DNA of 32,378 bases from Octopus sinensis (taxonomy: Eukaryota). The stretch spans positions 1-32,378 of the forward strand of contig NW_021829626.1 of the NCBI RefSeq assembly GCF_006345805.1, read 5' to 3'. This document shows, in pieces, positions 24,353-32,378 of this stretch. Under the pieces are notes generated by a model. That model saw nothing but the letters and a program-made list of their open reading frames with translations. It ran no database searches and had not been told where the DNA came from. Position 1 is the first letter of the stretch. Each line of letters opens with the position of its first letter. The translations under genes and the position numbers were made by a program.

Positions 24353-24762
24353 ACACACACACGTACACACACGTCACACACACACACACACACACACGCA
24401 CACACACACATACATAAATACGACGGGCTTCTTTCAGTTTCCGTCTACCAAATCTACTCACAAGGATTTGGTCGGCCCGAGCCTATAGTAGAAGACACTT
24501 GCCCAAAGTGCCACGCAGTGGGACTGAACACGGAACAATGTGGTTGGAAAGCAAGCTTCTTATCTCACAGCCACACCTGCGCCTGCTACCTTACACCCGC
24601 GATGCTTGATTGTCAATATATATATATATTCTGTATATGCAATAATTAAATTACGTATTGTGCCCTTTATTGTGTTTTCTTATACGCGTGATATCGGGGT
24701 TCATGGGAAAATTGTCTTGCATGAAACTGGTCCGTGGGTGCAAAAACCGGCGGGAGATGCTG
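23899..24762. mobile_element. Probable hAT/Charlie-type MITE split by nested insertions
   Basis: Left end CAGAGTTTCCCAAC...GGAC...TACCGG, right end AAAATTGTCTTGCATGAAACTGGTCCGTGG...GGGAGATGCTG. No clear 8-bp TSD. Confidence 0.45.
24420..24583 (-). mobile_element. SINE family B, 5' half
   Basis: Near-identical to 20450-20613. Confidence 0.9.
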
Positions 24763-24853
24763 ATAAACCGAATGACGCATGCAAAAATAAAATCCTCATT
24801 TGATTGAATTTTCCAACTTAACTGGCGAAAGAATTTTGACTATAACTGATAGT

Positions 24854-25183
24854 ACATTATTTACACTATTTACATTTGACGGATATTTGTCCTCATCTTG
24901 TTTGTTGCTAGCACAACATTTCGGCTGATACACCCTCCATCCATCATCAGGTGTCTTGGGGAAATTTCGAGCCTGGATTCTCATTCCTAAGGCATTTTTC
25001 GATGTTAATACCTTAGGAATGACAACCCAGGTTCGAAATTCCCCCAAGACACCTGATGAAGGCTGGAAGGTATATCAGCCGAAACGTTGTCTTAGCAACA
25101 AACAAGATGAGGACAAATATCCGTCAACTGTAAATAATGTAAATAATGTATATAATTCCTCATCTCTTAAATATTGATCTGTT
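24854..25183. mobile_element. Inverted pair of hammerhead-bearing repeats (Penelope-like pLTR type) with an 11-bp TSD
   Basis: Arms 24853-24996 and 25007-25150 with a 10-nt loop. Direct repeat TAACTGATAGT at 24843-24853 and 25184-25194. Confidence 0.85.
25048..25093 (+). ncRNA. Minimal type-I hammerhead ribozyme (canonical core)
   Basis: GACAC-CUGAUGA-A-GGCUG(gaagguauau)CAGCC-GAAA-CG-UU-GUCUU. Perfect 5-bp stem II, palindromic AACGUU stem III, one mismatch in stem I. Confidence 0.75.
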
Positions 25184-25270
25184 TAACTGATAGTGACTTA
25201 CAAATATCATTTGAAGGAAATTAACATAAAGCAACTGCCAAAATATTTGGCTAGGCATAAGTAAACAAAA

Positions 25271-25304
25271 CTGAAGAGGTCTAGCAAGACCGAAACATAT
25301 CCGT
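25271..25304 (+). ncRNA. Hammerhead core with stem II, stem I not evident
   Basis: CUGAAGA-GGUCU(agca)AGACC-GAAAC. Canonical core and perfect 5-bp stem II. Confidence 0.5.
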
Positions 25305-25919
25305 AAATCTTTCTTTGCCTGCAAACATGTGAAATAATAATGAAAAATTTTTTGCGTATTTCATTCTCTACGTCACCCATAAATTAACATACATACATAT
25401 CTTCGAGGTTCGTGCTGGTAATCTGATACTATAATTAGCTACGCCAAGCTTGCAAAAGCTTCGGTAGGCACCTGCCAATACATATACAGTTCAAATGACC
25501 TCACATGGATTTTACAGTCATATATAATGCTGCTATAGAAAGAAAATCCTTTTTAATAACGTTATAATCTTGTTTAAAAACGTGAAAATGTTAGGTATGC
25601 ATCGCCTATAATCTAGAGAAATTCTTTCTCATTCTCTCATAATCACTTAACATGTATAGCATTGCTGGAACTGCTTCTCAAAGACTATGATTTCTCCCTT
25701 TTTTTTCTTTTTTTACCTAAAAATACTTCAGTTATGTATGTATGTATGAATGGTATGTATGTATGCGTATGTGCATGTATGTGTGTATGTATGTATGCAA
25801 GTAAGTATGGACACATGTACACACGCGGACGCACACACACACACATGTGTATGAGCGTGCCAATGTAAATGATAATGTACACATATATATCTGTACATAT
25901 ACGTGCATACACACTCACT

Positions 25920-26002
<83 letters not shown>

Positions 26003-26004
26003 AT

Positions 26005-26743
26005 CGCAGGCGTCGCTGAGTGGTAAGAAGCTTACTTCTGAACCACTTGGTTTCAGGTTTAGTCTCACTGCGTGACACCTTGGGTAAGTGTCTTCTACTA
26101 TATAGCTTCAGGTCGACCAAAGCCTTGTGAGTGCATTTGGTAGACGGGAACTGAAAGACCTGTTGTGTGTGTATATATATGTGTGTGTGTCCAATACTAC
26201 TTCACAACCGGTGTTGGTGTGTTTGCGTGCCTGTAACTTAGCGGTTCGGGGTCGATTCAATCAACTAAAAAAAACCTTCAAGGCGGTGCTCCAGCATGAC
26301 AGAAACAATTAAATAAATGAGTAAATGAGTATATATATGCATGCACTTACGTATATTTTTAGTTATATATATCGATTTCTTCATTTGCTTCAGTCTTTGG
26401 ACTGCAGCCATGTTGATGCAATGCCTTGAAGGGTTTAATCGAACAAATCGGTCCCAGTACTTATTTTTAAATCTGGTATTCCATCGGTCTCTTATTAATA
26501 ATGGCAGGGATATAAACAAAACCAACACTGGTTGACAAGGGTGAAGGGCGACAAACACAAACTCAGACATGCACACACATATATACAACTTTCAATTTCC
26601 ATCAAGTAGATCCACTGATGATGCATTGTTCTTCTACCTAGGGCTATAGTAGAAGGTAGCTGCCTAAGATGATGCGAAGTGTAACTGAACTCAAGACCTC
26701 ATTGTTGGGAAGCAAGCTTATTATCACATAACTACACCAGCGC
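26005..26743. mobile_element. Two family-B SINEs in tail-to-tail orientation
   Basis: 26005-26310 (+) and 26378-26743 (-), both homologous to 20185-20613. Confidence 0.8.
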
Positions 26744-27798
26744 GTGTATATGTATGTGTATGTATGTATGTATGTATGTATGTATGTATGTATGTATGTA
26801 TGTATGTATGTATGTATGTATATGTATGTATGTATGTATGTATGCATGTATGTTTGTATGTATATATGTATGTATTTATGTAATACGCACACACACACTT
26901 ATCTCCATTTGTGCGTGTGGGTACGTATGCGTGCGAGTACTCATACGTTAATGGGAACAAACGGAAAAAAGTACTCAATATTGAGGTAGGTATAAATTTA
27001 ATTTGGCTAGGTGAAAACTAAACTGGCTAAGTTTGCCAGTTTCAACATGATGTAAACGTCTGCAACTTAAGTTAGCTATTTTAGATACAACAAAACGTCA
27101 TGCAGCAATAGACAAGATGGTGGACTGGACATAATCATTTGATTGTTCAATGCACAATTATCGCGCGCTGAACAGCAGATTACTGCCAAGGGATTTAAAA
27201 TTACAAATACACTGAAAATTATTTGTACGCAAATTAATGGTTTACTTCATGTATTGACAACGTAGCACGCTGACAAATGCACACTCACATGCCTTTAGAT
27301 CCACACATGTGGCGTCATAAGGCAAAGATATTTGGTGACAATCGGAATACAGGAATGAAGAAATCAGGGAAGAAACAGTGAGAAAATACTCAATGGCCTT
27401 AGCAGCTGGCTTCAAGGAGATAACTTATTTTGGAGGACGTCTATAATGCAGGGCATACAAGATAAGCAATATAATACAATATGATATGATATAAATTATA
27501 ATAGTAACATAGCATACTACTATAATATTTATGTACCTATATATGTATCTTTTACCACTTATTTGTGTCAGTTATTCGACTGCAACCATGCTGGGACACC
27601 ACTGTAAATGGTTTAGGCGAACAAACCAACCCCAGTTGTTTTCTAAGCGTGGTCCTCATTCAATAGGTATATTTTCCCGAACCACAAAGTTACTGGGAGA
27701 CTGGGAAGTAAACAAAACAAAGACAGTTGCCAAGCGGTTGGGTGGTACACACACGCACACACACACACACACACACAGACACACAGACAGACAGACAG

Positions 27799-27825
<27 letters not shown>

Positions 27826-27829
<4 letters not shown>

Positions 27830-28694
27830 GTCTGATCAATAAATATCCGAACTGTTGCCATAGTAACAAAGCTAAAGCACGCATTTGGCATAGATTGACC
27901 TTGAATTCTGTTGTGCATGTGCACTAAGTTTTAAGGTTCTATCTCACTTCCGCTGTTTACAGCAGTGCTTGAAAGGAAGGTGTGTAGTGTGTGATCGTCG
28001 CATTCACCATAACAGAGGAAGTTGAGCAGAGAATCTGCGTCAAGTGGTGCCAAAAGCTTGACGATACCTGCTCAGAGGCCCACGCTAAGTTTTCAAAAGG
28101 TTTTCATCCTTTTGGACACAATCAAGATCTTGTACAACTGAATCTCGAGAGTTTTTTTTTTTTTTTGGTTAGTAGTTTTGGCAGACACGCGCTTCATCCA
28201 AATCTTCAGTGATAGTGGACTGAACTAAACCGTAACTAATCTGCACATCCTCTGATAACTCACGAACGGTGATTGGCCGATTTCTCTCACTGCTGCACGC
28301 ACATCTGCGATGTTTTTCTCCGTTCTGCTGGTTGCAGGTCTACCAGAACGTTCGTGAATATCGATATTTTTTCAGCCATCTTGTAAACATCTGAACCACT
28401 CGTACAGTTTGTGTGCGGTTCATACACCCTTCTCCATACACTTTCTGCCAATTTTTGTAGGCCTCTGAGCAGGTATCACAGTGACGATTTTTGCAGTCAT
28501 GACTAATGTGAAGATCGCACGCTACACTCGTTCCTTCCAAGCACTGCTATAAAGAGCAGAAGTGAGGTAGGATGTTAAAAATCAGTGTGCACGCACAGCA
28601 GTATTCAAGGTCAATCAAAGCCAAGTGGCTCCATTTTGCATACTTTAGCTTCGTTACTATGGCAACAGTCCGGATACTTATTGATCAGACCTCT
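27826..28694. mobile_element. Non-autonomous mariner derivative built from two inverted 5' ends
   Basis: TIRs GGTCTGATCAATAA-TATCCG-ACTGTTGCCATAGTAAC at both ends, with inverted homology for ~250 bp. EQRICVKWCQKLDDTCSEA on + and CDTCSEAYKNWQKVYGEGCMNRTQ...ITVRELSEDVQISYG on - are both mariner N-terminal HTH sequence. Confidence 0.85.
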
Positions 28695-29853
28695 TATAGA
28701 CATACATACATACATGCAGGTATCCACAAATACATACATTTGAGATATATACATACGTACATATACATATATATATATATACATACATATGTATATACAT
28801 ATTTATATACGAATACACATATATATATATGCCTGTATATGATATAAGCAAATTTTGATATAGCAATATTATACGTGTAAGCATGTCTAAGTATCTATTT
28901 ATGTATGTATGTATATATGTATGTGTGTATGTATTTATATATATATGTATATATATATATATATATATCTTTTTTTGCATATGTATATACATACATTTAT
29001 ATATGTATTCTTAAATATGTTATGTGTGCTTATACAAATATATATGTATATGCGTAAATGAATGCATATTGATGGATATATATATATGCATTCACATATA
29101 TAGGTAGATAGATAGATATATTCCTACGCATATGTGTAAATATGTATCTGTGTGCATGTTTGTATATGTATATAAATATGTGTCTGTATGAATATATAAT
29201 CATTTATATATAATCATATATACAAACATATATATTTATACATATATATACATACGTACATACATACATATATATTTCTATCTATAATTGCGTAAATTTG
29301 GAATATTTGTACATATATTTAAGAATAGGTAGATACATAGATACATATATATAAATATATATATATATATATATTTACATATATATACACACATGCATAT
29401 ACATATACAAAAATACATACATACATACACATATATGCATACAAGCATGCATACATACATACATATATATACATTCATATATATATGTACATAGATACAT
29501 ATATATATATATCATATTATATATACATATGTATACTATATATTTGTATATGTAAATATTTTGTATATACATATCTATGAGTCTGTATCTACTTTTTCGT
29601 ATATATATATATATATATATATCTATATATATATATATATCTATATATATATCTATATATACATATATATGTGTATATGTAAATATATTTGTATATACAT
29701 ATCTATGAGTATGTATCTACTTATTCGTATATACCTATATATATCTATATATATATATATAATATATATAGATATAATATACATATATATGGGACTCTAT
29801 ATTCATGCAGACATTCACACACAGAAACACTCACACACATTTATATATATATT

Positions 29854-29885
<32 letters not shown>

Positions 29886-29945
29886 CATTATATATGTGTG
29901 ACTCTATATTCATGCAGACATTCACACACAGAAACACTCACACAC

Positions 29946-30002
<57 letters not shown>

Positions 30003-30766
30003 ATGTATGTATGTGTGTGTATGTGTGCGTATGTGCATACGTATATGCAACAATATATATACATTTTACTATCTATCTATCTATCTATCCATATGAATGT
30101 ATATATGTACATAAATATACATTCATTCAAGCATATACATCCATATATATTTACATGTGTCTATATAAATAAACTGGCATAACTAATCTTACGTCGATAC
30201 TTATTTACTCGAAAGACGAGTAAAAACAAAATCTATCAGTTTATATCTGTTCCAATAACTGGTTTTTACATAATTTCAAATGTACTTTATTTAATTTTCC
30301 ATTTCAGTATTGGTTTTTATATGATTTTTAAAAAAATGTTTGTTTTTCAAAGATATTCGCTGAGACCAAGTAAATTCGGATAAACTGCTTTAGTTAAAGT
30401 TTATTTTCTCCAAAATAATAATAATAATATTAATAATAATAATAAAAAGAACAAACAAAATGTCGAAAAAGTAACTAGAAACGTCTTAAATTGAACTATG
30501 CCTGTATATATTTTTATACTTGAACTATATACTTACATGTATGTATGTATGTATGTATGTATGTATGTATGTATGTATGTATGTATGTATGTATGAATGT
30601 ATGTGTTTTATGCGTATGTATGTATATGTGTGGGTATGTATGCGTGCGTGTTTGTGCGTATGTGTGTATATATATATGTATGCATATAAATATATATAGA
30701 TATACATATATACCCGCACAGACATATCTATATCAATATATAGGTATATAGAAACACACCTACGGA

Positions 30767-30844
<78 letters not shown>

Positions 30845-31836
30845 TATATGATATATATATATTATATATTTGTGTATTATATGTGTGTGTGTGTATGTTG
30901 TGTGTGTGGGTGGTGTGTGCGCGCGCCGGCGTCATGTGTAGATTTGTACATTGTGCCTATATTTCTATATTTTGATATATGTGTGCGTGTGTATTTGTAT
31001 AAATATATATATGTATATATGTATGTATATATAAAAAAATTAAATACATATAAATGCATATGTATCTAATGAAGTATATATATGTGCGTGTATATATATA
31101 TGTATATATATACTTATATATATATATATATACATGTACATATATATATGCATACATATATATATATATACATATATATATAATTATACGTATATACATA
31201 TATTCATACATACATGCAAACATACATACATACATACATACATACATACATACATACATACATACATACATACATACATACATACATACATACATACATA
31301 CATACATACATACATACATACGAATTCGTATATATGCTAAAGTTCTTTTTTCCCCAGCGACAATATGTAATCTGTTGGTAAAACATTATAGATGTATATT
31401 TCTTTGGGTTATGGAATCATCAAGACTATGAGTCTAAACATATCTCATTCCTAGCAGAAACTACGTGGAAACTACTCGGAATTATGACTTTATATTCCTG
31501 ATACATACGTATACAAGTACGTATATATCATATTTAAAGAGTGTGTGTGTATATATCTACACATGCATATATCTGTACATGCATGTGTGTGTGTGTATAC
31601 ATATATGTGTGTTTGTGTGTTTGTATTGATAGATAGAAAGATAGATAGATGAGTATATGCACACTAATAAAATCGTGGTGGGTGTTTCTATTTGTACGTA
31701 TTAATGTATGTATGTATGTATGTATAAATATGTATGTGTATGTATGTATGTGTATGTATGTATGTATGCATGCATGTATGTATGTATGTATGTATGTATG
31801 TATGTATGTATGTATGTACATTTGTATGTATGTACC

Positions 31837-32002
31837 TTTCAGTTGGAGGATGAAAAGGCATGTCAACAGATTTCATATTGTGGCATCTGCTCCGTCTCCC
31901 AGTCAGCACAGCTGTGCATTATGCAATAGAATGTGTAAATCTTTGGCCGAGCTCAAGAGTATTACAAGGATCTCACACTGCATCAACAATGACTCATTTT
32001 AA
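31837..32002 (+). mobile_element. Probable RTE-clade LINE ORF C-terminal zinc-finger remnant
   Basis: HSCALCNRMCKSLAELKS resembles the CxxCxRxCxSxxGLxSH motif at RTE C-termini. Confidence 0.5.
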
Positions 32003-32089
32003 TAATTCTTTCTAGCAGCTACACACACACATACACACACACACACACACACACATACACACACACATAAATAGATAGTAAAAAAGATA

Positions 32090-32130
<41 letters not shown>

Positions 32131-32378
32131 TCACACATATATGCACACACTCGCACTCACGCACATACATACATATATACATATATGCATACATACATAT
32201 ATACATACATACATAATACATATATAGATACATACATACCTACATGCATACATACATATATAGATACATACATACACACATACATACACAAACATATCTG
32301 TGTGGGACAGACACACATACAAGCATAAATATCTATGTGCTCGTGTATATGTGTGTGTATGTGGATGTATGTGCGTGT

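Noticed and set aside
24796-25177. Two similar ORFs on opposite strands suggesting a duplicated gene
   Set aside because: A by-product of the inverted repeat.
62-32322. Dozens of ORFs rich in YI, MYVC, HT or poly-F/L/Y
   Set aside because: They are translations of TA, TATG, CA, T and TAA repeats that lack stop codons, with no protein-like complexity.

Overview
AT-rich, microsatellite-saturated animal genomic DNA. The SINE families look like those of octopus (inference from recalled repeat sequences). The only convincing host coding sequence is the first coding exon of a TGF-beta/BMP-family ligand, most like ADMP (signal peptide and prodomain, about 5070-5706, + strand). It ends at a phase-1 GT donor, and the remaining ~26.6 kb appears to be intron with no mature cystine-knot exon visible. 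This intron and the upstream flank are filled with tRNA-derived SINEs, decayed R4/Dong-type and RTE LINE fragments, a full-length but dead Tc1/mariner (rosa-like) transposon and several MITEs. The most notable signal is a set of about five unrelated short repeat families that each carry a minimal type-I hammerhead-ribozyme fold of the Penelope-like-element kind, several with non-canonical cores (G3:C8 swap, U4C, A6U). Most are arranged as 5'-to-5' inverted pairs, one has an 11-bp target-site duplication, and one is fused to a tRNA-like Pol III head. Nearly all other ORFs in the track are translations of microsatellites.
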